Shown: in pieces, positions 52,326 to 64,000 of the stretch
Position numbering within the stretch: position 1 is the stretch's first letter
How the letters are laid out: each line of letters starts with the position of its first letter
Assembly: GCA_964016885.1 (NCBI GenBank)
Contig: OZ024741.1
Coordinates: forward strand, 316,882,001-316,946,000
Reading direction: 5' to 3'
Length of the DNA: 64,000 bases
From: Eledone cirrhosa
Taxonomy: Eukaryota
Made by a program: the position numbers and the translations under genes
Notes under the pieces: generated by a model
Database searches by the model: none
What the model was told of the DNA's origin: nothing
What the model saw: the letters and a program-made list of their open reading frames with translations, nothing else

Positions 52326-52799
52326 AATTATATGCATACCAAACGCGAGCCACATCTAAATATGAATATATATAACTATATATTTAAATAGACATGTATG
52401 GTAGAGTTTATGTTAATAACTAATTAATACAAATATTATTGTTTATCTTCTAAAACCATATTCTACAAAATAACGATGCTGTCTATATAACCCGGTAGTT
52501 CTTAAACCACCTCCATACAGTATTTGTTAGTTTTCATTCATTCATATATGTATGTATATATGTATATATGTACGTATGTATTTATGTATGTGTGTATGTT
52601 TGTAAGCATATATGTATGTACACATGTATACATGTATGTATGTGTGTAAATAAGCTGTGAGTGTGCGTGCGCGCGTGCATATGTTAAAATACATAAATAC
52701 TTTCCACAGACGTAATCGCTTAATATTCATGTCTTCAAGGCAATCCACAGTAGGACAAAAGGCTATCTCTGCTAGTCTCACTGCATTCATCTAAATTCT

Positions 52800-53635
52800 C
52801 TCACCGAATCTAATCAACATGACAAGAAGCTGTTACACGACCACACTAAGTATGCAGACTTCAAACAGGTCTTCTTTCTTCGTCTTTTGTCGGAAGCCTC
52901 CTGATGTTGTATGCTTCTGTGGCTGCTAGTACCGCAGCATTCCATCCGGTGTTTCGCGTCGACACGTGGGCTTGAACGATTAATTGACACATGGGCATCG
53001 TATCGTTGTCAGGGAACTGAGGTAGCCTTACCGATATAAAGGGAAACTGTTTTCAAACGCTAACTGCATCACCTTTTCCAAGCCTTTTCCTGTAAATCCA
53101 GTGAGTGTGGCCAACCTTCACGTTTCTGACACACACACATCCACCTGCTCTCCCATTCACCTCGCTTTTCCTAGTTTGGAAAATACAGCGTATGACACTT
53201 CCGTAAACGCTTCTATCAGGCGCCGTTAAAACTTCTCTACGTCCAGTTGGTCTGCTTCGTCCATCTTGAGGTACAATGCCAAAGCATTACCCTCTAAGTA
53301 AAGTGCCATAACGCCTTCCACAACTTCAATGCATTGCAACCTGGCCACCACCCTGATCTTTCGAATCCATGCGATAGCATCATCGTCGCCACAGAAGAGT
53401 CTGATGGCATTGCTACCAATTCTTCACTTTGTCGACATATTGTCGGCGGCCAGGAATAGACGCAATAAAACAAAAAAAATAAGAAAAACTCATTATCACT
53501 AGTTGATCTTCTCCAGAATGAGTTATATCTGTGGTTCGTAAGCGCCCAATGACAAGAATATGTCCCCTATGCACGGAGCAAAAAAATACACAACCTCCTT
53601 CTTTCCTTCAATTGAAAACCAATTTGTTATACATG
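52800..53635 (-). mobile_element. Decayed Gypsy LTR retrotransposon 5' part (gag pseudogene from ~53438; possible PBS and LTR remnant ~53530-53635)
   Basis: Minus frame: FCGDDDAIAWIRKIRVVARLQCIE..MALYLEGNALALYLKMDEADQLD..RLIEAF, with stops. Confidence 0.7.
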
Positions 53636-54233
53636 CATTTCAAAAGGCTAGCCTTGTTACAAACTGTGTTGCGCTGAATCTCTTTGTGAACTTAACCTTA
53701 CACGTGTCAGTGGAATGCACGAACATTTCACGATCAGGCTGTTCCGTTGATAGAAATGACTGAAATACACATCTTTGGGGCCGACAAAAATCTGACATAC
53801 GCGCACATCCATGCACACATACACGCAACAATGGGCTTTTCTACACTGTTTCAGCGAACAAAATTATACTCACAACATATTGGTTAACCCGTGGCTACGT
53901 TAGAACCACAAGGCCTATGTGTATTGCAATGGGATCGAACTAGGTATTAGGTGATTGCAAAGCGATCTATGCGATGTATTAAACATTCCCACCATGTTCT
54001 TCAACATGAGCCATAGTAGTTGGGAATCTCTCTATATATTTGTTTCAAGTAGTTAACTATTTACAACGATGCTTATTCATTCCGTTTATTGAAAGATCTC
54101 TGCGTGTATTTATGCTACCGGTTAGTAAGTTTAATTGTATGGGCATGTACATGTCTGGATATAACATACATATGTATGTATACATACACGCGCGCACACA
54201 CACACATACGCACACACACACACACATATATAT

Positions 54234-54317
<84 letters not shown>

Positions 54318-54379
54318 TTATAAAGAAATTCATTTTCAAATATAAAAACTGGAAAGGTGTTGGCGAGAGAAGATATATA

Positions 54380-54832
54380 CACCTAGGAACTTTCTGTCAA
54401 GGCTCCGGCATAGGCAAAGTAATTTCTGTAAGACCAGCAGCCATCCATGCATGCCAGTCTTCTACACACCACCGATGTTGTCTTAGGGAAAGGCAAAGGC
54501 TGATACAGCTTATCACCAGTGATATCACAACTCATATATATAGTATATGCACCATGATATGTACACTGTATATGATGTCCTAGGGAAATGCAAAAGTTGA
54601 TACAACGTGACACTCAGAACGCAAAGGGCCAAAGGAGATACTGAAAGGTATCACTTCCAATGTCCTAACAATTTTGCCAGATCAGCACCCTTGAACTGGG
54701 ACTTTATGTGTCGACCCGCAAAGGATGAGAGGCAAAGTTGACCACAGCGTGATGTAAACTCAGAGCGCAGAAACTAGAACAATCACCGCATAACATTTAA
54801 TTAGCGGCTCGAAAGTCTGCCAATTTGCCGCC
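54380..54832. mobile_element. Old SINE-like remnants
   Basis: 54690-54830 is a degenerate reverse complement of the main SINE. 54380-54535 resembles a cephalopod repeat recalled from memory. Confidence 0.5.
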
Positions 54833-55253
54833 TCTATTCTCTGTCATAAATACCAATTAACCCTTTTACGACCAAAATCCTAAAGAATAACATTTCCCAT
54901 GTTTCACATCATTTTGAAAACAACCATGGCACACAACTTAACAAATGTTCCTCCATAAATTTCTGATGAAACGTTTTAATTTAAACTCAAGCAATTGAAA
55001 ATTCGAGGTTTTGTATTGTAGATTCTACAAAGTAGAATGATTAGTGGTGTTAGGCGGATTGGTGTCGCTTAGTGAGAGAATTGAGAAACAAACCCACTAA
55101 CTGAACTCGAACTACGTAACTATCAATCACCAGGGTCACTGCAGTGCCGATTACACTGCAAAATGTTTGTTGTAAGCATCTTCTCAATCATATCTTAACT
55201 GATCCTCTAATCGAACCAGAGAAACAAATTCATCCCAGACGTCTTGCTTCCAA

Positions 55254-55422
55254 TGTTACCAGGGAAGCAAATATATGCCAGATGTCTCGCTAAATTCATG
55301 CCATACGTCTCGCTTCACTATCACTGTTACCAGGGAAACGCTGATGCCAGATGTCTCGCTCCAACACTATCCCTTTTACCAGGGAAACACTCATGACAGA
55401 TGTCTCGCTCCACCATCACTGT
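55254..55422. repeat. Three degenerate tandem copies of TTACCAGGGAA..ATG(C/A)CAGATGTCTCGCT
   Basis: Seen at ~55254, 55326 and 55376. Confidence 0.75.
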
Positions 55423-56688
55423 TCGTATTTCCGATAGTCTGAAGTATGCTGTCTTATTTAAGTATGTCGATAAAGTACGTGGTTTCTCTCCCCTGGTTTT
55501 TTCTTCCGTAGGTTATTTCTTGCAAATCACAGGCTTCATTCAGGTATCTTTTCAGTTGAATTCAGCAGACCATCATACACTTCTGTATTGGTGATGTGGA
55601 AGTTATGTTAAGAAGAGTACATAAAATGTGGGAGTAGATTTTGACTAGCTGATTTTCACGCATCCATATGAGTGCCCATATACGCAGCCATATAACAAAA
55701 CAGATTCAATCGATGCTAAAAATAGTCTGATCTTAATGCACTATCTCATATTATTTTTACTTTAATGGCAGTCCATCTCCTTAAATTTAATACTATAATC
55801 TAATTCTGCCATTTTAACTATACTATTTTGTCTTCACAAGATAAATTCATCAGTCACTTAGCACTTGGAATAAAGGCTATTATTTTTCGTTTTTATTTTT
55901 CTGCGTATATTGTCTAATATCATTTTATTTCGTGTCTTATTTGATAAAATCAAGATAATTGTTCCATATGATAATGTAAATAATATATATATAAAGAATA
56001 AAGCCGTTTGTTAACGTCAAAAGAATTGCCAGCATTCCCGTAGTAACTGGATACTCTGTTAGATCTTCAGAAGCCCCCCCCCCCCTCCCTATTTAAAGCA
56101 GGTTTCATTGAACAAGTCTATTGGTAAAGACATATAGAATTCAATTATCTTGACACCGTGGAGTTCAGGCTGATATTCTTGTAATAGAATCCTCAAATTA
56201 CTCTAATATCATACAGAAAAAAAACAAAGAAAAAACTGACATCAATAAAAGTATCGATGCAGGAAGGATGAAGAATGTATTGGATAGAGTAGTCCTTGGT
56301 TTATTGTTGCTAGGCAAAATAAACCCGAATATAAAAATAGATAGTGTGGCCACCGATAGAACTCCGTGGTCGTGGGTTTCTTGGATCAGGGATGATCTGT
56401 GGTTAAACTGCTACTACTTCTACTACTACTACGCATAGACAGACACAAGCATTATCACTAGTTTTCATTCATAACATCATCGTTACTTTGATTGCAAATA
56501 AGATTTTAAGGAAACGTTAAACTCGGAGTAGTGTATTGTGATGCAGAGTGGGGTCGTGTAGTGTAACAAAGCCTCAACACACACATATGTATATATATAT
56601 ATATATATATAACGAAGGAAATGTGGTAAGGAACCAGGTGGACCATAACGCACCAAAGTACTCAATACTTAGGGTAGTATAGTGGGTA

Positions 56689-56788
56689 ATAGGAACGAGT
56701 AGGACCCCGACGGCTGAGTTCAAGCCGTGTCGACGGCTAGCCGTCGAAACGGCTTGAGCTCAGCCGTCGGGGTCCTACTCGTTCCTAT
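56689..56788. repeat. 100-bp near-perfect GC-rich palindrome abutting (TA)n
   Basis: Centre GGCTAGCC; 2 mismatched positions. Confidence 0.95.
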
Positions 56789-56806
56789 ATATATATATAT
56801 ATATAT

Positions 56807-57150
56807 AAGTTAGTAACATGTGCTTACGCCGTATTTATCTAAATAGAATTAGTCTGTTAGTTGGGATTTTAAAAAACCTTATGAATGGAAAAAAAGGATG
56901 AGTATTGACGTACGTGGGACATGAAACCACACCCTTGGTTTGCCGTACCAATGTGTTACCATTACACCAACACGCCACATACACTCCCTTTCATTCAATT
57001 AGAAGCTATGTAACCATAGCAGGTATATACATATGTGTATATAAATCGGAGACAAAGCAGGCTTGTTTCCATTTAGAGGGCTTTTTTAATTCCCAACTAA
57101 CAGACTAATTCTATTTAGTCAAATACGGCATAAGCACATGTTACTACCTA
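56807..57150. mobile_element. Fold-back element between (TA)n tracts (~85-bp inverted arms)
   Basis: 56807-56892 is the reverse complement of ~57063-57150. Confidence 0.85.
56906..56976 (-). pseudogene. tRNA-like sequence (pseudo-tRNA, GGC at the anticodon position)
   Basis: GGCGTGT-TG-GTGTAATGGTAACAC-A-TTGGT ACGGCAA ACCAA-GGGT-GTGGT TTCATGT CCCAC-GTACGTC-A folds as a cloverleaf. Lacks U33 and has a degenerate T-loop. Confidence 0.7.
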
Positions 57151-57381
57151 AATATATATATATATATTTCGTTTCTGAATTTGTTTAGCAAGATTCTTTA
57201 TCTGAAATCGTGTGTTGAAACCGATATTGTTATACTTTGGGAGGGTCATGTTGCCAATAAGAAACACACGCACCAGTTGCTTTCACTTCAATTTATTATA
57301 CATTTATAAATTTACAAATTTATAAATTTATAAATTTCTGGTTGGTTGGTTGGTTCCACAACCAGATAGTTGTTTATATAT

Positions 57382-57426
57382 AGTCATATTCCTTTCGTCA
57401 CACACTCTGTGACCTCTTCAGTGACT
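57382..57426 (-). ncRNA. Hammerhead-like motif in PLE 3' UTR
   Basis: AGUCA-CUGAAGA-G-GUCACA gagug UGUGAC-GAAA-GGAA-UA/UGACU: 5-bp stem I, 6-bp stem II, essentially no stem III. Confidence 0.65.
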
Positions 57427-57642
57427 GGGGATTCCTTTCTTTGTTTCTGTGCCTCTCCTTTGTTCTGTCCTACGCCATTTTGTTTCTGTGTGTGTGTTGT
57501 GTGCTCAGTTTGCGCATGCGCCACAACCGGGTGTCTGTGTGTGTTTATGCTCATTTATCTATTTGTTTATTTATTTATTTATTTATTTACATGTTATTGG
57601 TTGGTTGTTTGTTCTATGTGTGTGTGTGTTTTCATTTTGTCC

Positions 57643-58854
57643 TTAATTGTAAGTTGTGATGTTGCTGTTCCACTCATATTTTCTATTTAATTTTGGTTGT
57701 AATTCTTTTATGTTTATTGCCTCTGTAATTTGTCTAAACATTGCATCTTTTCTGTGTGTAGATTCTATTTTTATTTCTATGTACTCTAATTTACCCTTGT
57801 GTTCTATCTTAGCATGTTGGTAGAGTACAGATGATTCTTTATTATCTTGAAGGTCTCGCCAGTGTTCATTTATCCGTTCCCCTATACTACGAGCTGTCTC
57901 ACCTATGTACACTATATTTTTGTTTCTACATTGTCCTTCAGTACATCTTATGCTATACACTACATTTCTAGTTTTACAGTTAATATGGGGGCTTATTTTA
58001 CAGGTTATACATTTCTTATCTATACATGAGGGTCTTTGAAAAGGGTATGTCTTGCTAATAAGTGTTTTTACGGAGGTACCTGGTCTTTCTACTATCTTAA
58101 TATTGAGTTTATGTTTATTTAGGGCCCTTCTAAATGTGTAGGCTAGTTCGCCTCTAGGGGTTGTATCGATGAACATTACACTCTGGTATTTATTGCTATC
58201 ATACCATGAGTTTATTCTATTAGCCTTGTTCCTAGTTCTTTCTATTCTATTCCAAAATTTGCTCCTATACAAGGGGCAGGTCCCATTTATGTCATTATTT
58301 ACCATTTTTTCCCATTTGGTTCTGGCTCCTCTATACACTCTGATTCTATCTCTCTGATTGTAGCCAGAGAACTGCATACGGTGGATGAAGTGTTGTATGT
58401 GTCTCTCTAGTTCTTCGGGGTTGCACATGCGGGACACATTTCTCATCACCCGTACCAAATCCGCAATCAGTATGTTGATTTTGGTATGGTCCGAAATGGC
58501 CGAGTTTCGGTGGATCAGATGTTTGGAAGTCATGGGTTTGGCATAATGGGAATGGAGGATTTGTTTTTGGTTGTTAATGATATCTAACCAGAGCTCTGTG
58601 TCTAGTACAGGTAATCGATGGTTGGGGTGTCTACTTGGGTAGTCTATAGTAACTCTAATGCTCTGGTGGATGGAGTTTGCTATTTGCTGGATGCTTTCCA
58701 TTGTGTTTTTCTCTAGTTCCTGACTGTTCTCTAGTGGGGGTGTCTTAACTACGATGTTTATATCATCTACGTAGCGGGAGTACATTATCAGGGTTAAGCT
58801 GTCTTCTAATTGTTCTTTAAGTTTAAGTTTAAGTCTACTGTCCCACCATACCAT
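57643..58854 (-). CDS. Partial PLE polyprotein: RT core C-terminus/thumb, Cys-rich linker and GIY-YIG endonuclease
   Basis: SRYVDD, LPVLDT, SGY; C-x4-C-x2-C linker; NVVYSIRC..C...YIGET.R....R..EH; H..H; EA..I....P.LN. Confidence 0.9.
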   Translation of the reverse strand: MVWWDSRLKLKLKEQLEDSLTLIMYSRYVDDINIVVKTPPLENSQELEKNTMESIQQIANSIHQSIRVTIDYPSRHPNHRLPVLDTELWLDIINNQKQILHSHYAKPMTSKHLIHRNSAISDHTKINILIADLVRVMRNVSRMCNPEELERHIQHFIHRMQFSGYNQRDRIRVYRGARTKWEKMVNNDINGTCPLYRSKFWNRIERTRNKANRINSWYDSNKYQSVMFIDTTPRGELAYTFRRALNKHKLNIKIVERPGTSVKTLISKTYPFQRPSCIDKKCITCKISPHINCKTRNVVYSIRCTEGQCRNKNIVYIGETARSIGERINEHWRDLQDNKESSVLYQHAKIEHKGKLEYIEIKIESTHRKDAMFRQITEAINIKELQPKLNRKYEWNSNITTYN

Positions 58855-58929
58855 GAATAAGTTAGCTTACTTCGTCGAGTGGTCCAACCTGCATACTGAG
58901 GTGTCAGTAAATAACCAACACATACTCAA

Positions 58930-58978
<49 letters not shown>

Positions 58979-59077
58979 ATAATAAATTTGAAGACTAAAA
59001 TTCAAAGAGGGCTCGATAAGGATAAATATATATCAAATATATAAGAGCCGTAGAGCAAATATTTATTAAAATAACAG

Positions 59078-59171
<94 letters not shown>

Positions 59172-59233
59172 ATAAATATTTAATATAGAAATGGCTTCTA
59201 CAGGACTAGAATTGTTCCATTCCAGAAAAATCA

Positions 59234-59299
<66 letters not shown>

Positions 59300-59393
59300 A
59301 TATATATTCATTAGTTAAGCAAAACAACACCACAACTTTCACAAGGAAGACATTTTAAGATTGGTTACTCTTGAACTGTATACATATACATAT

Positions 59394-59967
59394 ATAGTTA
59401 AAGAATGAAGAGTAACATGGTTGGCTGTGCAATAAAGGCTTTATTTAAATTACTGACAATTGTTTCGTTGATCAGGTGAGTCTAAAGTTCGCTAATCGCT
59501 TGAGGTTGCGTCATTCGATCTCCAATATATTATTTACCTCTGGTCAACGCATCAGAGTACGTAGATATGAAAGTATTTCACTCGAGGCAAGACTTATATA
59601 GAAAAATAGCGTATAATCAAAACAATAACAACAATAATAAAATAGCGTATAATCAAAACAATAACACCAATAATAAAACATGTATGGTAAATAGGTAGAG
59701 AAGTTACAGAAGTAAAAAGTAAAATATACGATAGGGTACATTAACAAATAAGAAAATGAGACAAAGGAAAATATAAAGAAATAAATACTTTCATATCTAC
59801 GTACTCTGATGTGTTGACCAGAGGTAAATACTGTATTGGAGATCGAATGACGCAACCTCAAGCGATTAGCGAACTCTAGACTCACCTGATCAACGAAACA
59901 ATTGTCAGTACTTTAAATAAAGCCCTTATTGTACAGCCAACCATGTTACTCTTCATTCTTTAACTAT
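59394..59967. mobile_element. Fold-back element with ~185-bp inverted arms, each carrying a hammerhead-like motif
   Basis: 59394-59578 is the reverse complement of 59783-59967. A-rich spacer with a ~38-bp tandem duplication. Confidence 0.88.
59801..59911 (+). ncRNA. Variant type I hammerhead with enlarged stem II domain (mirror copy at 59451-59560, minus)
   Basis: GUACU-CUGAUG(U/C)-GUUGAcCAG..64 nt..CUGaUCAAC-GAAA-CAAUUG-UC/AGUAC. Confidence 0.7.
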
Positions 59968-60142
59968 TATTACTCCAAGTACAATCTGCATAGAAATTAC
60001 CGCGAACTCGCTGCATAACTATGGAAGCATCTTGTTGAGTCAAACAAAGCCGTACGTTAAAACTATCCCCAACGCAGAGTACTCACAACCTCTAACTGGA
60101 TTACCTATAACGATAACTTGTTATCCCATATATATATATATA

Positions 60143-60500
60143 TCGGCTAAAATGGGGTTCCTCCAAAGGGTCTTCGGAGTAATGTTACTCGATAGAATGT
60201 GTAGCTCGGAGATTAGAGAATCATTCTAGGTGAAGCCGCTACTTCTCCAAATTGAGAGATCACAGCTCCGATACTATGGGTATGTGGTTAGAATGTCTCA
60301 GGAAAGAATCACTAGACAGATTTTACTGGCAAAACCAGCCGGCAGGAGACCCAGGGTGGACCCCTAGCAAGATGGTTGGATAATATCCATGAGCTTGGCT
60401 GATCTCACTTGGGGATCCAGCCGGATCAGTTGGAGATGATTGCTTCTAACGAGACTCGCTGGAAGGATTGTTCGCGGACCCTGCTCTCAAGAAGAAGATA
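60143..60500 (+). mobile_element. RTE-clade LINE 3' fragment
   Basis: MGFLQRVFGVMLLDRMCSSEIRE..IERSQLRYYGYVVRMSQERI..PAGRRPR..RWLDNI. Ends GAAGAAGA. Confidence 0.85.
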
Positions 60501-60929
60501 TATATATGTGTGTATGTACTGATTGCTATGTTGTCAGTGGTGGTAGCAGTGATGGTGGGTATAATAATTATTGTAGTAGTGGTAATGATAGTGGTTGTGG
60601 TGGTGTGTTGGTAATAGAGGTGAGGTGGTAATAGTTCCTTGTTGACTTTTGTTTTTGGTTTATGTATTGTTATCAGTAATTATTATAATTGCCCCCCACC
60701 CCCCGCCACCACCACCACCAAAATATTACTGGCCTTGTACCTAAATTAGAAACCATTATAGTTTTTAGTGGCGCCATGGTCAGAACTGGTGGTTTTTTTT
60801 ACAGGGAAAGTGCATCGAACCATTGCAAGTGCAGATTGCCTGCTGCACCTGGGTCATTAACGCGAAGCAAAATTTGCATTTTTCCAAATTGAATTTTAAC
60901 GAAATTTTTCTTTCCGTATCTTTCTAATT

Positions 60930-61945
60930 ACTTCCTGCCTCCCACTCTCCCCCTTCTTCTCAATTTCTTCCTCTCTTTTGTCCTGTCTACCACTCTTTCT
61001 ACCTCACCCTCTCCCCTCTCCTCTTCTCTCTTCCTCCTCTCCATTTTTTCCTCTCCTTTGTCCTGTCTATCACCCTTTCTACCTCACCCTCTCCCTGCTC
61101 CTCTCCCTCTCTTTTCTTCCTTCTCCTTTTCTCCCCTTCTTTACCGCTCCTCACCCTTCTTCTCCTCTCTATTCTTTTACTCTTTTCATCTTCTAATTCT
61201 CACTCTCATCATCTTTTATTCTCCTTGTCTCTTTTATATTTAGACCCCCTCCCTCCCACCAGACATAGTCACCAACAACAAGTACTACAACAATCAAATC
61301 ACTCACAACCAGTCATATCCACTCCTCACACCATACCCCTAGCTGCCACAAAATTACCAACAACAAAAATTAACAAATCTAAATCTTCCCCACCCCCACC
61401 AAAATATTAATTCTCTTCATCAACCTTCACCGCCCCCTACCAGCTCTACAAACCATTCCCCTCTATCTGATGCACGCGATTGCCCCACCACATCTACCAC
61501 CACACTCACAACCATCCTTGCTACCACTACTCCCACCACCCACGACCAACACCACCAACACTGACTACACTAAGACCACTTCCACCACCACTAAAACTAA
61601 CATTATCACCGACACCTCAACGGCTACCACACCACCACAACCACCACAACTACTACCACTTCAACAACTACTGCTACAACCATCACAACCCTCACTTCAA
61701 CCACCACTACTACAGCTACCACAGTCACCACAACCACAACCTCAACCACCAACACCACAACAACCACCACACCACCACACCCACCACAATCATTATTACC
61801 ACTACCTCTATTTCCACGCCCTACCAAGACTACAGCTACCTCCGCCATCCTCGATACTGGCGCCACTGTCACCCCCAGTAACATCACTACTAAACCCCCA
61901 CCACAACCACCACCACCACCGACCTTGCACCCACTACACCCACTC
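60930..61945. repeat. Polypyrimidine tract followed by C/A-rich low-complexity DNA
   Basis: Seen directly. Confidence 0.85.
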
Positions 61946-62067
61946 GTACCTGTTCACCCAAGTGCGCAGTATATTTTCAATTAATCTATAACTAAACAGC
62001 TATCAACATCCGAGTGGTTGAAGTCTCGCGAGATTTGATCAAGTCTCGGTTCATTGAGCGCAGTATT

Positions 62068-62220
62068 TATAATAATAATTATTTCTACTTTTGGCACAAA
62101 GCCAGCAATTTTAGGGAAGGGGAAACTGATTAAATCGACTCCAATACATGACTGGTACTTTATTTTAATTATCCCATAAGGCAAAGCAATTTATCCGACG
62201 CTCTAACGATTTACCAATTC
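62068..62220 (-). mobile_element. Internally deleted SINE
   Basis: Reverse-complement match to the main family. Confidence 0.75.
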
Positions 62221-62482
62221 AGCGTTTTAAAATGTGGACAGAACCGTTAATGGGAATTAAGCCACGTATCTGCTGTAGAGCGGAAAACCGTGAAAACCGT
62301 TGCACAAAGACAACCTGACTGTAATAATAATATTATGCTGACAGATACTTAACCTAAACCCCAGAATTTACAAATATACAAAGAATACAGAAAATAGTAT
62401 TACTAGGCACTGCACACAATAGAAATAACAACACAACAAATAACACTGCACTTACCCAAGGCACACAGAGCTGTGCTCATGT

Positions 62483-62900
62483 ATCTATTTGCCACAAGGG
62501 TTCAAATACGTTGGGACAGTACAATAAAAAAAGGCAGATGCAAAACTGGGCGGAGGTATATGTAACAGAATAAATAGAAAGTAACAAAAACAACAATAGG
62601 TGACAATAAAAATAAACAGAGGGAAGTGTCCGTAATAGTGGTGGACAGTTACCAATGTCTCATTAAGGAATGACACGGTTCCAGGTTTACCTTGACCACT
62701 AGGGGTAAGTGTGCTCTCCTACCTGTCATTTGCCGTCAAACAGATACATACGTACTGAGGATACGGCCATTCTTTCAGGTTATGCCCTCCCCCATATTCT
62801 CATCCACTTCTCCCCAAATTCACTAGCACGCAGCATCGGAACGTAAGGATGTTGACGAAGGTTTGGCCAAACAGGAAAGCTTCTGTCTTCAGTCTCTTCA
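62483..62900 (-). mobile_element. Distant relative of the Tx1-like LINE, 3' end
   Basis: MLRASEFGEKWMRI resembles VLHPSKFAERWVNV. Terminus CCCTTGTGGCAAATAGATA. Confidence 0.55.
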
Positions 62901-62904
62901 GTTT

Positions 62905-64000
62905 TGTCCATAGTGATAATTATAATCTTTCTATATCTGATTTTGGTTGGTGTATTCAAAACGTACACACTATTTATTTTCTATCTGTTTTCTCAAGTCC
63001 TGCCAGTTCGTTTAGTATCCAGTTAAGAATATTAAAACTGTAGCTTATAACTGAGATCTCTAGAGAGTATTGATGCCTATTATCTTATGTTTTAATTTAG
63101 TTCTGTTTTAACAAGTAATCTGATGCATCCGGGCAGTGGATTGGCAGTATCGGTAGAGGGTCGGACGCCATGCTTTCCAGCATAGTTACGTCCCTTTACG
63201 ATCTGAGTTCAAATCCCGCCGAGGTTGACTTTGCCTTTCATCCTTACGGGGTCGATAAAATAAAGTACCAGTAATGCACTGGGTAATTGCTGGCCCTATG
63301 CCTAAAGTAGAAACAATTATTTCTTTCTACTCCAAGGGCGGTGGATTGGCAGTATCGGTAGAGGGTCGGACGCCATGCTTTCCAGCATAGTTACGTCCCT
63401 TTACGATCTGAGTTCAAATCCCGCCGAGGTTGACTTTGCCTTTCATCCTTACGGGGTCGATAAAATAAAGTACCAGTAATGCACTGGGTAATTGCTGGCC
63501 TTGTGCCTAAAGTAGAAACAATTATTTCTTTCTACTCTTTTCTTTAATTTGTATATATTGTACAGTCTAATCCATTGATTTCTAAGCATCTGTATGTCTC
63601 TGTTTAAGCTTATTCTCTTATCTGAGTTTCTTTATCTAGCATGATGTTAGTGATTCTATTTCATTTTCTCACTTCGGGGCTACCTTGGCACATTTTCTAG
63701 TCCAATATTTTTCTTGAAAATGTGTGTACTGTCTGCAACAGTGTTTCTAGTTGTCTACCATCTACAGCATATTACTTGATATTGTCCATATACAAGAGAT
63801 AGTTGATTTGTATCCAAGTTCAGGCATATTTAATAGCTCAGTTAAAAGACCAAACAGAAGAGAAATAGTGACAGGATATCTTCCAGGAAGATTCCACTAT
63901 TGATTGCGATAGGCATACTATTATTATTGTCTTTGTTTTCGATAAAACTTAATACTGCATCATTAGGTGCACTTCCGTATTCCTGAGCGGTGTGTAACAT
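62905..64000 (-). mobile_element. Decayed R4/Dong-like RT region interrupted by a SINE dimer
   Basis: INSGIF.., NYLLYMDNIK, KTELN..KIIGINTL..VISYSFNILNW..HQPKSDIERL. Confidence 0.75.
63131..63527 (+). mobile_element. Two nearly identical tandem young SINEs (63131-63321, 63336-63527)
   Basis: About 3 differences. ATTATTTCTTTCTACTC follows both copies. Confidence 0.95.

Larger units (their letters stand above)
57167..58867 (-). mobile_element. 5'-truncated Penelope-like retroelement (EN+), 3' end in (TA)n
   Basis: Intact partial ORF plus ~475-bp 3' UTR shared with the 10.0-kb and 41.5-kb copies. Confidence 0.92.

Noticed and set aside
56906-56976. Functional tRNA-Ala(GGC) gene
   Set aside because: Lacks U33, has a degenerate T-loop and a wobble-rich acceptor stem, and lies in a repeat element. 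Kept as tRNA-derived only.
61470-61991. Pro/Gln/His-rich ORFs
   Set aside because: C/A-rich low-complexity DNA open in several frames, with no homology cue.

Overview
Repeat-saturated eukaryotic genomic DNA with no recognisable host protein-coding exon. The tRNA-derived SINE families look like those I recall from octopod cephalopods, so the organism is an inference. The window holds a head-to-tail stack of L1/Tx1-clade LINE fragments separated by (TATC)n at 1-5 kb, decayed R4/Dong, RTE, CRE and Gypsy remnants, about 20 SINE copies, several MITEs, and two very large triplet-based satellites (24.1-37.0 kb, 41.9-48.4 kb) whose giant ORFs are probably artefacts of base composition. The main result is a 5'-truncated Penelope-like element (RT plus C-terminal GIY-YIG, 57.2-58.9 kb) plus several apparently unrelated families of short non-coding elements. 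These sit in or beside (TA)n tracts, have fold-back or tandem architecture, and carry hammerhead-ribozyme motifs. They include a 474-bp tandem, circularly permuted retrozyme-like unit (4 identical type I hammerheads), a palindromic element with a type II-topology hammerhead on each strand, and an element whose hammerhead has an ~80-nt stem II domain and a non-canonical position 9. All folds were assigned by eye; ribozyme activity is untested.
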